Below, one piece after another: positions 48,064 through 58,280 of a DNA stretch of 64,000 nucleotides; position 1 is the stretch's first letter, and each line of letters begins with the position of its first letter. The stretch comes from Candidatus Moraniibacteriota bacterium (GTDB taxonomy: Bacteria > Patescibacteriota > Minisyncoccia > Moranbacterales > UBA1568). The notes under the pieces were generated by a model. It made no database searches. It saw only the letters and a list, made by a program, of their open reading frames with translations, and was not told where the DNA came from. The translations under genes and the position numbers were made by a program. The stretch lies in NCBI GenBank assembly GCA_023261645.1, contig JAHFOO010000001.1, positions 67,871-131,870 on the forward strand, in the 5' to 3' direction.

Positions 48064-49833
48064 ATGATACGACTTTCCGATATTTTTTGGAGCAGGGAAT
48101 TCCGTCTGCCATTTGTGATTATCATTTGTATTCTTCTTGCAGTGCTTCTGGGAGAAAAGATGGTGTATGGTATAGCGATTCTTTTCGGTATTCTCCAATT
48201 GGTGTTCGAGTCGTATGAGCGGATAAAAAGGAAGCGTTTCAATCTGGACTATCTTGCTTTTCTGGCACTCGGAACCGCTTTGGTACTTGGTGAATTTTTG
48301 GCCGGTGCCGTTGTCGCACTGATGGTTGCTGTCAGTGCGGCACTTGAGAGATATGGTGCCACTCGGGCGGAGAAGACGCTCCGGAGCCTCTTCGAGAATA
48401 TCCCCAAGACAGTGTCACTCATCACTCCATCGGGGACACACGAAGTTTCTCTTCAGGCGATACAAAAAGGAGACATCCTCCTCGTACGACCGAGTGAAAT
48501 GCTCGCATTTGATGGGTATCTGGCGTCCGATCGCGCCCTTCTGAGCGAGGTCAACCTGACGGGAGAGATGGAGCCCGTGGTGTATACGGAAACAGCCATT
48601 CTCAAAAGTGGAGCGGTAAATGTCGGTCAAGTACTCCGGATGCGGGTGCTAGGGGATTTTGAGCATTCGAGTTATCGGAAGATTTTGTCTCTCGTGGAAG
48701 AAGGGAAATCTCATCCTGCTCCGATGATCCGCCTCGCGGAACAGTACAATATCGTTTTTACATTTCTTTCTCTCGCGCTGGCATTCGGAGCCTATCTTTT
48801 CTTCGGTGAGTGGGAACGCTTTCTCGCGGTGTTGGTGATCGCGACACCTTGCCCGCTCTTGATAGCTGCTCCGATAAGTTTCATCGGTGGACTCAACAAG
48901 GCGGCGCGGAAAAATATCATCATCAAAAGTCCGATCGTTCTGGAATTACTCGCCAAAACGAAGATGTTCTTCTTTGACAAGACGGGTACGCTCACACTTG
49001 GTGTCCCGCGTCTGAAAAAAATAGATATACTGGATAAGACATTTTCGAAAGAGGAAGTGTTGTCTATTGCAGCGGCGCTCGAACAGCATTCATTCCATCC
49101 TATCGCGAAAGCCTTTGTGAATGAGCATTCTTCATACGAAGGGGAGCTTTTGGTCGCAGAGAATGTAGAAGAGAAGATAGGAGAAGGAATTTTTGGAACG
49201 ATAGCGGGAAAAGAATATGGCATCGTCCAAACGAAACAAAATACGGGTAGCGGTATCGTCGTCGATCTTGTTTTCTCTACTACACCGATTGCACGGTTTT
49301 CTTTTGATGATGAAATCAAACCAGCGGTAGGAGATGTCTTGGAATATTTGCGTCAGCGTGGCTATACGTTGGGAATCTTGACCGGGGACAAGAAGAAGAA
49401 TGCTGAGCGACTTTTTGGGCATTTCAAATTACCAATTTATGCGGAGTGTCGGCCGGAAAAGAAAACAGAGCTCATACAGCGGTATCAAAGAGAAGGGAAA
49501 CTCGTGGGGATGGTGGGAGATGGAATGAACGATGCTCCAGCACTCGCTCTCGCGGACATCGGTATCGTCTTTTCCGGATCGGAGAATAGTGCTTCTATTG
49601 AGGCCGCAGACGTGGCTATTTTCGGGCATGACGTTTCTCTTATCCGAGATGCGATACACATCGGGCGGAGATCCTACCACGTCGCTCTCCAGAGTATTTT
49701 GATCGGTATCGGACTTTCGACACTTGGTATGTTGTTTGCTTTTTTCGGACTCATATCACCGCTCTATGGTGCCCTCCTCCAAGAAGTTATTGACGTCATC
49801 GTCATCGTGAATGCTCTCCGATCGACGTATTAG
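48064..49833 (+). CDS. Heavy-metal P1B-type ATPase (PCP motif)
   Basis: LTGE, ATPCPL, DKTGTLT, HP, GDGMNDAP, QEVID. Confidence 0.93.
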   Translation: MIRLSDIFWSREFRLPFVIIICILLAVLLGEKMVYGIAILFGILQLVFESYERIKRKRFNLDYLAFLALGTALVLGEFLAGAVVALMVAVSAALERYGATRAEKTLRSLFENIPKTVSLITPSGTHEVSLQAIQKGDILLVRPSEMLAFDGYLASDRALLSEVNLTGEMEPVVYTETAILKSGAVNVGQVLRMRVLGDFEHSSYRKILSLVEEGKSHPAPMIRLAEQYNIVFTFLSLALAFGAYLFFGEWERFLAVLVIATPCPLLIAAPISFIGGLNKAARKNIIIKSPIVLELLAKTKMFFFDKTGTLTLGVPRLKKIDILDKTFSKEEVLSIAAALEQHSFHPIAKAFVNEHSSYEGELLVAENVEEKIGEGIFGTIAGKEYGIVQTKQNTGSGIVVDLVFSTTPIARFSFDDEIKPAVGDVLEYLRQRGYTLGILTGDKKKNAERLFGHFKLPIYAECRPEKKTELIQRYQREGKLVGMVGDGMNDAPALALADIGIVFSGSENSASIEAADVAIFGHDVSLIRDAIHIGRRSYHVALQSILIGIGLSTLGMLFAFFGLISPLYGALLQEVIDVIVIVNALRSTY

Positions 49834-49927
49834 CGATCAACTTCGCTAGCTTTTGGCTTTTTTAGCTTCGTCAGCTTTCAAGAAACTTGGGTTCATTTTT
49901 AGAACTTTTTTGTATGTGTTGTTTGCA

Positions 49928-51124
49928 TTATTTATAACGGAGGGCTTCGAGAGTATCGATTTTGGAAGCACTGCGGGCAGGGAATATACCAGTCAGCAGT
50001 CCGATGAATGCGCCGAAAAGAATGACAGAGAGGATAAACCACAGCGGGCTGGAGAAAAGATTGACTGCTTCACCTCCGAAACGGCTGGCTATGAGATTGA
50101 TGAGAATGTTGACGATACTTCCTTCCAAATACCCCAGAATGACTCCTCCGAGCGCTCCGAGAAATCCCATCAGAGTGGATTCCATAATGAACATCAGAGA
50201 GATACTGCTCCGTGAGGCGCCGATGGCTTTCATAATGCCGATTTCCTCAGTCCGTTCGAGGAGCGCGATGGTCATCGTATTGAACATACCGATAGCGGAA
50301 ACGATGAGAGCAATCATCCCAAATACCATCAATACTATTTGGATGACTTTGAAGACTGTATTCGCCTGATCGATCGTTTCAGATATCGAAGAAGCGACGA
50401 ACCCTTGTCCTTCGATTTCATCGCGCACCGTGCTCAGGACAGCGGTTGAACTGCATTTTACCTTCAATTTGGTATAACTTTCAACAGAAAGAGTCGTGAG
50501 GGATTGAAGAGAGAGGTAGACAATATTTTCTTCGCCCGTTATGACACCGACGATAGTGTAAGGAGTGTCCGGGGTGTAGGATGATTTTTTGTCAGTTTGA
50601 CCGGACGTATTGTTTTGGAAGAGCGTAAGCGTGACTGTTTTGCCGAGCATCTCTTCAAGAGGGACATTCAATACCTTGGCAACGGCCGAAGTAATGACGA
50701 TACTGTTCGTTTCATTTTGTGTGAAGAATCGGCCAGACTCTATTTTCAAACCTTCGTTTTTGAGGAGAGAGGCGGTGGAACTGACAGTGGTGGTATCGAG
50801 CGTGATATTGTCGACTTTTTCCTGGCCGGCGAGCTCGAGTACCGGGATGACATCGGTGACATTTGGAAGAGCTTTCAGTTTTTCTATGGTTGTGTTATCA
50901 AGTTTTTCGCCATCATCTGTTTTCCCAAGCGTTACATCGAGCGTGACAAGGGCGTCCGAGGTGGTTATCTTCTGGAGCAAGGTGTGCTGTAATCCGTAAC
51001 CGAAAGAAACGAGAAAAATAATCGCAGCAATACCGACACTCATACCGAGAATGGTGAGCAGAGTCCGCATCGTGCGAGCTTTGAACATACGAAGCGACAG
51101 TTTGAGTAGGTCGAAGAAGCGCAT
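49928..51124 (-). CDS. ABC transporter permease (MacB/FtsX family)
   Basis: RTLLTILG, ERTEEIGIMKAIGA, PARSASKID..EALRY. Confidence 0.92.
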   Translation of the reverse strand: MRFFDLLKLSLRMFKARTMRTLLTILGMSVGIAAIIFLVSFGYGLQHTLLQKITTSDALVTLDVTLGKTDDGEKLDNTTIEKLKALPNVTDVIPVLELAGQEKVDNITLDTTTVSSTASLLKNEGLKIESGRFFTQNETNSIVITSAVAKVLNVPLEEMLGKTVTLTLFQNNTSGQTDKKSSYTPDTPYTIVGVITGEENIVYLSLQSLTTLSVESYTKLKVKCSSTAVLSTVRDEIEGQGFVASSISETIDQANTVFKVIQIVLMVFGMIALIVSAIGMFNTMTIALLERTEEIGIMKAIGASRSSISLMFIMESTLMGFLGALGGVILGYLEGSIVNILINLIASRFGGEAVNLFSSPLWFILSVILFGAFIGLLTGIFPARSASKIDTLEALRYK

Positions 51125-51128
51125 AGAT

Positions 51129-52451
51129 TTATGAGTATTTGAGGAGCATAATGATTTCTATTTCACGGGAGACTTTTTCTGCAGTGATCTTGTTCAGTCC
51201 GATACCGCCGGTAATAACACTCTTATCGAGGCGTTTTTGGAGTTCTGTCTGTCCCACCTGACTTTCTACACGAAACTTGATAAGAGCTTGGAAACGGAGT
51301 TTTCGTTCGGGAGAGAGATTGAGACGGAAAAGAGTGATGAGATATTCCGCGATAGAGAGAATCCCTTCCGATTCGTTTTCTTTGAGCTTTTGTACCTGTT
51401 CGAGAATAAGCATCGTGCGTTTCGCGAATGACTGAGTGCGGAGTTTGTTCCATCCGGCACCGCCTTCATCCAAAGAGAGGTCGAGTCGTTCTCCGAATGT
51501 AGCGAGATCGATATTGTTGAAGAGGAGTTCTTTGAGAAAAGATTCGGCCATACTGACTTGTTCATCATTCAATTCGGAAAGGAGATGGGAGAGGAGCTGT
51601 TTGGCCTTGAAAGGGACCAGGAGAATATCGATTTGTTGAGGGAGGAGATTCTTGAAGGATTCCATCAACATCTTGAAATCGAGAGATTCCTGAGACGGCT
51701 TTTCTTCTTCATCAACAACTTCGCCTTCTTTGGCGGCTATCTTGATAGGACGTTTTTCTTTGTGGACTTCTTCTTTGACGATGCGTCCATCTTTCATAAA
51801 GATGACACGATCGGCATACACGAGATGTTCCGGATTGTGCGTGACCAGAATAATCGTTTTTTTGTCGACTTCATTCAGCTCCTTGAGGATTTTGAGTACG
51901 TTTTCAGAACTCTCGCTATCGAGATTGCCGACCGGTTCGTCCGCGAGGATGATGTCTGGATTGTTGATAAGAGAACGGGCGATGGCGACACGTTGTTTCT
52001 GTCCACCGGAGAGTTGGCTCGGGAATTTGTCAGATTGTTCGGCAATGCTGAAACGACGCAAGAGCTGGATGCCAGACTTCTTCCTTTCGCTTGGGTTTTC
52101 TCCACGGAATACTTTTGGGAGGCAGACATTGTCGAGGATATCGAGTGAGGAGATCAGATAAAAAGCCTGAAAAATCATACCAATACCGGTCTGATGGAGT
52201 TCGAGCTCTTCTTTGCGTGTCATCTTGGAAATAGCTTTCCCGCGGATATATACGGTCCCATACGTGGCACGTTGTAGCCCGGAGAGAGAATACAGAAGCG
52301 TCGATTTCCCACAGCCAGATGGTCCGTAAATGATGACGTATTCGTGCGGATAGATGGCCAGATTCGTCTCCTCAAGCGCACGCATTTCATTGGAGGCGCC
52401 TTGATTGTAGATGACGCGTAACTTGTCGACAGAAATGATTGGTTCGTCCAT
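51129..52451 (-). CDS. ABC transporter ATP-binding protein with long C-terminal extension
   Basis: GPSGCGKS, LSGGQKQR, ADEPVGNLD, VTH. Confidence 0.92.
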   Translation of the reverse strand: MDEPIISVDKLRVIYNQGASNEMRALEETNLAIYPHEYVIIYGPSGCGKSTLLYSLSGLQRATYGTVYIRGKAISKMTRKEELELHQTGIGMIFQAFYLISSLDILDNVCLPKVFRGENPSERKKSGIQLLRRFSIAEQSDKFPSQLSGGQKQRVAIARSLINNPDIILADEPVGNLDSESSENVLKILKELNEVDKKTIILVTHNPEHLVYADRVIFMKDGRIVKEEVHKEKRPIKIAAKEGEVVDEEEKPSQESLDFKMLMESFKNLLPQQIDILLVPFKAKQLLSHLLSELNDEQVSMAESFLKELLFNNIDLATFGERLDLSLDEGGAGWNKLRTQSFAKRTMLILEQVQKLKENESEGILSIAEYLITLFRLNLSPERKLRFQALIKFRVESQVGQTELQKRLDKSVITGGIGLNKITAEKVSREIEIIMLLKYS

Positions 52452-52560
52452 TTTTTTATTTGCTAGGCTCTCTCTATCATAGCATATTTCTTTTTTTTCG
52501 AATAAGTCTCAGTTATTGCCTGAGGAGGAGATCCACGCTAGAATAGGATGGTATAGATAT

Positions 52561-52713
52561 ATGCGACAACAGCCTATCATTATTACGCTCGGTATCATCC
52601 AGATCATCCTATTGACCTTGTTCGGACTGTATTTTTATCGTTTGACCCACAATTCCAATCATAGCAAATCATCCGCGGTGATGGAGGGCAGTTCCACTGT
52701 CGAAGCTCAGTAG
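52561..52713 (+). CDS. Small single-TM protein (50 aa)
   Basis: MRQQPIIITLGIIQIILLTLFGLYFYR... Confidence 0.5.
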   Translation: MRQQPIIITLGIIQIILLTLFGLYFYRLTHNSNHSKSSAVMEGSSTVEAQ

Positions 52714-52757
52714 GGTTGTTTGTGAGAAGAGACGATATCACATTATGTATATGAAAT

Positions 52758-53516
52758 ATGCTCATAACATTGCTCAAATTTCTTGACCCAGTGGTCATAT
52801 TCTGTTTCCAGCTTCATGACGTGGCCAGTGATTTTATCGCGAAGAATTTTTCTCTGATAAAACGTACCTTGCTCGTTGTCGCTTATATCAGTCTCTTCTG
52901 GATACTCTTTCCGGCGATGAGAAGGGATTTCGGTCAGTATGCCGAGACAATGCTTCTGGGTATTCTCTTCCTCAGCCCGCTTTCCAAGATTTTCCGTATA
53001 CGACTGCTTTCTCAACTGATGGGTTTACGAAGGCAATTTGGCATCTTGATGGGATGTTTTGCTCTCGTCCACGGTGTGTCATATTTCGTCGATCCGACGT
53101 CATTCTCTCTTGATATAGCACCATATCTGAATAGGAACTTTTTTTCTATGTACCCGCTTTTTTATTTCGGTATCCTCTCATTGATTCTTGTCCTGCCACT
53201 CCTTCTCACTTCGAATGCCCTCAGTCTGCGTTTCTTGGGCGGGAAGAGATGGAAAGTGCTCCACCGTATCGTCTATGTTCTTCTGCTCACTATGTTGTTG
53301 CACATTTTCTTCATCAAGAGTGGTAGAAGAGGATATGCTGTCACAGAAATGATCCAGCCTCTCCTCATCGTATCCGGATATATCCTGCTCAAGGTCTTGG
53401 CTTGGAAAAATTTCTTGCCATTTTTGCGTGATGCTATCGTCTATGTGGGGGTACGGTATGATCAGTATATCGCTGTGAAGAATGAGAGCACGAGTTCTGA
53501 TGGGCTCTCTTCGTAA
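52758..53516 (+). CDS. MsrQ-like ferric reductase transmembrane heme protein
   Basis: LRRQFGI..LVH, LLLTSN, WKVLHRIVY..LH. Confidence 0.85.
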   Translation: MLITLLKFLDPVVIFCFQLHDVASDFIAKNFSLIKRTLLVVAYISLFWILFPAMRRDFGQYAETMLLGILFLSPLSKIFRIRLLSQLMGLRRQFGILMGCFALVHGVSYFVDPTSFSLDIAPYLNRNFFSMYPLFYFGILSLILVLPLLLTSNALSLRFLGGKRWKVLHRIVYVLLLTMLLHIFFIKSGRRGYAVTEMIQPLLIVSGYILLKVLAWKNFLPFLRDAIVYVGVRYDQYIAVKNESTSSDGLSS

Positions 53517-53569
53517 TATTTCTTTGCTTCCTTCTCACTTTTCATCCGATAGTACCTTGTTTCTTGTAA

Positions 53570-53598
53570 TTGAATAAAAAAGGAGAATCTGGTACAAT
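53570..53598 (+). promoter_or_regulatory. sigma70 promoter
   Basis: TTGAAT-17-TACAAT with extended -10 TG. Confidence 0.6.
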
Positions 53599-53683
53599 GA
53601 ACGGGTTAAATACTAATTCATCTTGTGCAATTCCACTTGGCGGGTGCTCGCTAAATGAGCAGTTTCACAGGGTAAAAAATGCT

Positions 53684-54526
53684 ATGGAAGATGATATTAC
53701 AATTCCCCAGGGAAGAAAGGAAAAGAAGTTTGGTATGGATGCGCTTTTGGTCGCGGGATCCGTGCTCTTGGCAGGGCTCATCATCGCAGGATCGATCGTT
53801 TCAGTGACACAGAAGTTGTCATCTCCAGCTGTCACGGCACCGGTAGCAAAGGATACGACGACAGCCGGTGCAGGAGCACAGCAACCGACTGATCCGACCA
53901 TAACGATGGACCAGGTGAAAGGGTTGTTTGATGGCAAAAATATCACTTTTGGAAAGAAAGATGCCAAGGTGTTGTTTGTCGAATTCAGTGATCCGAGCTG
54001 TCCTTATTGTCATGTTGCAGCCGGACAAAATCCGAATCTGAACAAGCAGGTCGGAACACAGTTCGTACTGGTGAAGGATGGAGGTACATATGTCGCTCCT
54101 GTACCGGAGATGAGAAAGTTGGTAGATGCCGGCAAGGCCGGGTTCGTATGGATCTATACGAATGGACACGGTAACGGTGAAATGGGAACGAAAGCTCTCT
54201 ACTGTGCTTTCGAGAAGAAGAAATTCTGGGAGGTACACGATTTACTGATGAGTGAAGCCGGATATAATCTGTTGAATACTGATGTGAAGAATGACAAGAC
54301 CAAGGCTGGCGTTATAGCAGACTTTCTCAAGAATGTGGTAAGTGCCAGTGATATGAAATCCTGTTTGGAGAGCGGTAAGTATGATAGTCGTATCGCCGAT
54401 GACACGGCAATAGCAACGACTTTTGGCTTGAGTGGCACGCCGAAATTCCTCATCAATACAGAGCAGTTCAAAGGCGCGTACAGTTTCACTGATATGCAAC
54501 CGAGCATCGACAAATATCTCAAATAA
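53684..54526 (+). CDS. DsbA/thioredoxin-fold membrane-anchored oxidoreductase
   Basis: EFSDPSCPYC, GTP; N-terminal TM. Confidence 0.9.
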   Translation: MEDDITIPQGRKEKKFGMDALLVAGSVLLAGLIIAGSIVSVTQKLSSPAVTAPVAKDTTTAGAGAQQPTDPTITMDQVKGLFDGKNITFGKKDAKVLFVEFSDPSCPYCHVAAGQNPNLNKQVGTQFVLVKDGGTYVAPVPEMRKLVDAGKAGFVWIYTNGHGNGEMGTKALYCAFEKKKFWEVHDLLMSEAGYNLLNTDVKNDKTKAGVIADFLKNVVSASDMKSCLESGKYDSRIADDTAIATTFGLSGTPKFLINTEQFKGAYSFTDMQPSIDKYLK

Positions 54527-54550
54527 TCGAAACGAGTATATATTGTAGGA

Positions 54551-54577
54551 GAGACTCTGCTCTACGGCAGAGTTTTT
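54551..54577 (+). terminator. Intrinsic terminator
   Basis: GACTCTGC-N6-GCAGAGTTTTT. Confidence 0.7.
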
Positions 54578-54733
54578 CTTTTTTTGGCTTGCCCTATGTA
54601 ATAGTGCAAACAGGGGCATTATATGAGTTATGTTCTAGAAAGAAAAAATGGTAAAATGAAGCAGATAACGTATATCATATATTTAATTTGCACTTGAGAT
54701 TTGAGCATCTCAAATCTATTACACGGGGTAAAT

Positions 54734-56299
54734 ATGGGAATGTTGCAGACATTGAGACAGTGGAGAGATGCACAGGCGCGCACAGAGGGTGTGGAGACTT
54801 TTCGTGTCTTTCCGAATGCTGTCTTGGAGGCACTCGTCGGAGCAATGCCGAAGGATAAAGAAGAAATGATGGCTATCAAGGGCATCAAGGATGCGAAATT
54901 TCGGAAATACGGTACGGCACTCCTCGGGATTATCAAGGAGCAGACACTCTCTGTTTCCTCCTTCCCTTTTCAAGGGGAGGGTAGGGAGGGGTTTAGTGGT
55001 GAATCTCAGACCTCCCCTCAGTCCCCTCCTTTGAAAGGAGGGGAGGAAACTATTATCGATCAGACGCTTTCTGTGAGCCAGTTCCTCGATGGTTTGAATA
55101 CGGAACTTTCCGGTATGGCATCGCGTGTGGAGGGAGAAGTATCGAGTGTGGACGAGCGAGAACGAGTGGTCTATTTTACCATCAAAGATAGCAAAGATGA
55201 GAGCACGCTCAGCTGTCTTATTTTCCGCTATCAGTACGATGTTTCCGGAGTAAAAATCACCATCGGAGACAAAATTATCATTGAAGGTGTACCAGAGATT
55301 TACAAACCGAATGGACGGCTTTCTATGAAAGTCGGAGTAATCGAGCTTGCTGGTGTCGGTGCTCTCCAGAAAGCGTATGAAGCACTACGTCTGAAGTTCG
55401 AACAGGAAGGCTTGTTCTCTCCCGAGAGAAAGCGAGCATTGCCTGAATTCCCGGAGCGTATCGCTCTCATCACTTCGGAACAGGGAGCAGCCATAGGAGA
55501 TTTCACGATGAATCTCGGAGCACAGGGGTTTCGGGTGAAGTTCTATCCGACGAGTGTCGAGGGCAAGAAGGCTGTATTTGAAATTATGAAGGCCATCAAA
55601 TATTTCAATGAACAGCCGGAAAAATATGATGTGCTTGTGATCGTGCGTGGTGGAGGAAGCTTGGAAAGTTTGCAGGCATTCAACAACGAGGCGCTCGTCC
55701 GTGAAGTGGCTGGGTCGTTTATTCCGACACTGCTCGGCGTCGGGCATGAGAAAGACGTGACACTTGCAGCACTCGTCTCGGATATGATGGTATCGACACC
55801 GACAGCCACTGCCAAGGAACTTCGTGTACATTTTGATGAAGCGCGTCAGTCGATACGTCATTTCGAAACACAATTGTCGGCATTGTTCCGAGAGGTGCTT
55901 TCCGATGTCAGAAATGTACTGGGGACAGACAGCGAAATCCTTCTGGCTCATCTGCATAGCTTCCGTGAGTTGGTTGTGACGCTTCGTCAGAATCTGATGG
56001 AGCGATTGTTCCTTGTCCGGTCTGCAATAGAGAGGAAAATAGAATTTTTGAGACAGGGAGAAAGGGTTTTGTACAGCGGATTCGGAGCTATTTTCAATCG
56101 AGCGACGGAAGAAGTTCGTCATAGCGGTGAACGCTTGGAACAATATGACCCGACACGAGTACTCAAACTGGGGTATAGTTTGGTACGGAAAGGCGAACAG
56201 GTAGTAAAGAATGTTTCAGATGTGAAGGTTGGTGATATACTGAACGTACAGCTCAGTCGTGGAAAAGTAAACGCAAAAGTGGAAGAAATATTTGAATAA
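54734..56299 (+). CDS. xseA: Exodeoxyribonuclease VII large subunit with N-terminal HRDC domain
   Basis: LRQWR..A...FRVFPN..L...IKGI..KYG (HRDC); GEVS, ITS..GAA..D, RGGGS, GVGHEKD, TPTA. Confidence 0.9.
   Translation: MGMLQTLRQWRDAQARTEGVETFRVFPNAVLEALVGAMPKDKEEMMAIKGIKDAKFRKYGTALLGIIKEQTLSVSSFPFQGEGREGFSGESQTSPQSPPLKGGEETIIDQTLSVSQFLDGLNTELSGMASRVEGEVSSVDERERVVYFTIKDSKDESTLSCLIFRYQYDVSGVKITIGDKIIIEGVPEIYKPNGRLSMKVGVIELAGVGALQKAYEALRLKFEQEGLFSPERKRALPEFPERIALITSEQGAAIGDFTMNLGAQGFRVKFYPTSVEGKKAVFEIMKAIKYFNEQPEKYDVLVIVRGGGSLESLQAFNNEALVREVAGSFIPTLLGVGHEKDVTLAALVSDMMVSTPTATAKELRVHFDEARQSIRHFETQLSALFREVLSDVRNVLGTDSEILLAHLHSFRELVVTLRQNLMERLFLVRSAIERKIEFLRQGERVLYSGFGAIFNRATEEVRHSGERLEQYDPTRVLKLGYSLVRKGEQVVKNVSDVKVGDILNVQLSRGKVNAKVEEIFE
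54953..55050. repeat. 98-bp inverted REP doublet inside the xseA coding sequence
   Basis: GTTTCCTCCTTCCCTTTTCAAGGGGAGG...CCCCTCCTTTGAAAGGAGGGGAGGAAAC. Confidence 0.75.
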
Positions 56300-56320
56300 T
56301 TAAAGAACAACATAACCAGT

Positions 56321-56521
56321 ATGGCAAAAGTGAATTTGAGCGATTCTTTGAAGAAGGTGCAGGAGATCATCCGCTGGTTCGATAACCAGGAAGAAGTGGA
56401 TGTTGAAAAGGGATTGGAAAAAATCAAAGAGGGAACGGTTCTCATCAAAGAAAGTCGCACGCGTCTGAAAGAAATCGAGAACGAATTCGAAGTAGTGAAA
56501 AAAGAACTTGAGAAAGAGTAG
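56321..56521 (+). CDS. xseB: Exodeoxyribonuclease VII small subunit
   Basis: 66 aa coiled coil directly after xseA. Confidence 0.85.
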   Translation: MAKVNLSDSLKKVQEIIRWFDNQEEVDVEKGLEKIKEGTVLIKESRTRLKEIENEFEVVKKELEKE

Positions 56522-56563
56522 AGCGTGGTATAATAGGAGAGCAAAATACATATAAAAATCGAA

Positions 56564-58270
56564 ATGAAACATTTTTCTCAAGATATTTCTCTAGTGCTCG
56601 GCGGAGCGGCCGGCCAAGGCATACAGACCGTCGAGGCTCTTCTCGTCCAGGTTCTCAAGCGTGAGGGCTACAATGTTTTTTCGAGCAAAGAATATATGTC
56701 TCGCATCCGTGGCGGGAGCAACTCGACCGAAATTCGTATTACCAATAAAAAATGTGCTTCATTCGTAGAGCGTATTGATTTTTTGTTCGCTTTGGACAAA
56801 GAGGCGATACCGCATTTGGAGAAGCGTATCGGGACAAAAACTGTCCTTCTCGGTGAGCGCGAGAAAACCTGCGGTCTCTCGGAAAAATGCCAAGTCATCG
56901 ATGTGCCGTTCACACGTTTTGCAAATGAGCTCGGCAACCCGATCTATACCAGTACCGTCGCGGTCGGAGTGGCACTCGGCATACTTCAGGCCGATGAGCG
57001 GGTTTTCGAAAAATATCTGCAGGAACATTTCGCTCGCAAAGGTGATGAAGTGGTAGCAAAAAACATCGAGGCCGGAAAGAAAGGATATGCTTTTGGCAAA
57101 CACGTCGCTTATAATGAGGGAATTGAAGTCACTATTGCCAAAAATAAGACTGTTGAGGAAGAGATTCTCTTGGATGGGAATGATGCTTTGGGATTGGGGG
57201 TTCTCGCTTCCGGTTGTAATTATATTTCTTCGTATCCGATGTCACCAGGGACAGGACTACTCACTTTTTTGGCGAAGCACAAGAAAGAATTCGGCATCGT
57301 GATCGATCAAGCAGAGGATGAAATCTCGGCCATCAACCATAGCATCGGTGCATGGTATGCCGGATCGCGTGCCATCGTGACGACGTCTGGTGGAGGATTT
57401 GACCTGATGACCGAAGGAGTGAGTCTTTCAGGAATGATAGAAACGCCCATAGTCGTACATATCGGCCAGCGTCCGGGGCCGGCGACCGGACTTCCGACAC
57501 GCACCGAACAGGCCGATCTCAATTTGGTACTTTACGCCGGACATGGTGAATTCCCACGGGCTATTTTTGTGCCAGGGACGCACGAAGAAGCTTTTCTTGT
57601 TGCACAGCAGGCTTTCCATATTGCCGATAAATATCAGATTCCGGTATTCATTCTGACGGATCAATATTTTCTGGATTCCATCCGAAGTTTTCCGGAGAAA
57701 GATTTGCAAATATTGGAACCGAAGAACCATATCACCAAAACAAAAGCGGATTATAAACGATATGCATTGACATCAGATGGAATTTCTCCGCGCGGTGTTC
57801 CAGGATATGGAGAGGGGCTCGTCGGCGTCGATAGTGATGAACACGATGAACAAGCCCACATCACAGAGAGCGCTGATATGCGGGTAGCGATGCATAAGAA
57901 ACGTTTGGGAAAGATAGGGGCTATTCGCGAAGAGGCATTTCTACCGACAGAAATCGGAGATGTGAAACATGCTGATACAGTGATTGTGTCGTGGGGATCG
58001 AATCGTGGTGTGCTCGAAGAGGCGCTCGAAATCGTGGGGAATAAAAGTATCGCCGGACTCCATTTCCATCAGGTATATCCGCTTCCGGAAAAGGCAAAAA
58101 AACTTTTGACCAAGAAAAAAGTAGTGGTGTTGGAAAATAATGCTGGAGGACAATTTGCGAATCTTCTCAAACTTGAATACGGTATCGAGATTACGGAAAA
58201 TATCCTGAAGTATGATGGGGATCCATTCTTTGTGGAGGAAGTAGTCATACGATTGAAATCATTGATGTAA
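56564..58270 (+). CDS. korA: 2-oxoacid:ferredoxin oxidoreductase alpha subunit (gamma-alpha fusion)
   Basis: GGAAGQG, SRIRGG, YPMSP, QAEDEI, TTSGGG, QRPGPATGLPT. Confidence 0.93.
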   Translation: MKHFSQDISLVLGGAAGQGIQTVEALLVQVLKREGYNVFSSKEYMSRIRGGSNSTEIRITNKKCASFVERIDFLFALDKEAIPHLEKRIGTKTVLLGEREKTCGLSEKCQVIDVPFTRFANELGNPIYTSTVAVGVALGILQADERVFEKYLQEHFARKGDEVVAKNIEAGKKGYAFGKHVAYNEGIEVTIAKNKTVEEEILLDGNDALGLGVLASGCNYISSYPMSPGTGLLTFLAKHKKEFGIVIDQAEDEISAINHSIGAWYAGSRAIVTTSGGGFDLMTEGVSLSGMIETPIVVHIGQRPGPATGLPTRTEQADLNLVLYAGHGEFPRAIFVPGTHEEAFLVAQQAFHIADKYQIPVFILTDQYFLDSIRSFPEKDLQILEPKNHITKTKADYKRYALTSDGISPRGVPGYGEGLVGVDSDEHDEQAHITESADMRVAMHKKRLGKIGAIREEAFLPTEIGDVKHADTVIVSWGSNRGVLEEALEIVGNKSIAGLHFHQVYPLPEKAKKLLTKKKVVVLENNAGGQFANLLKLEYGIEITENILKYDGDPFFVEEVVIRLKSLM

Positions 58271-58280
58271 ATTCGAAATT

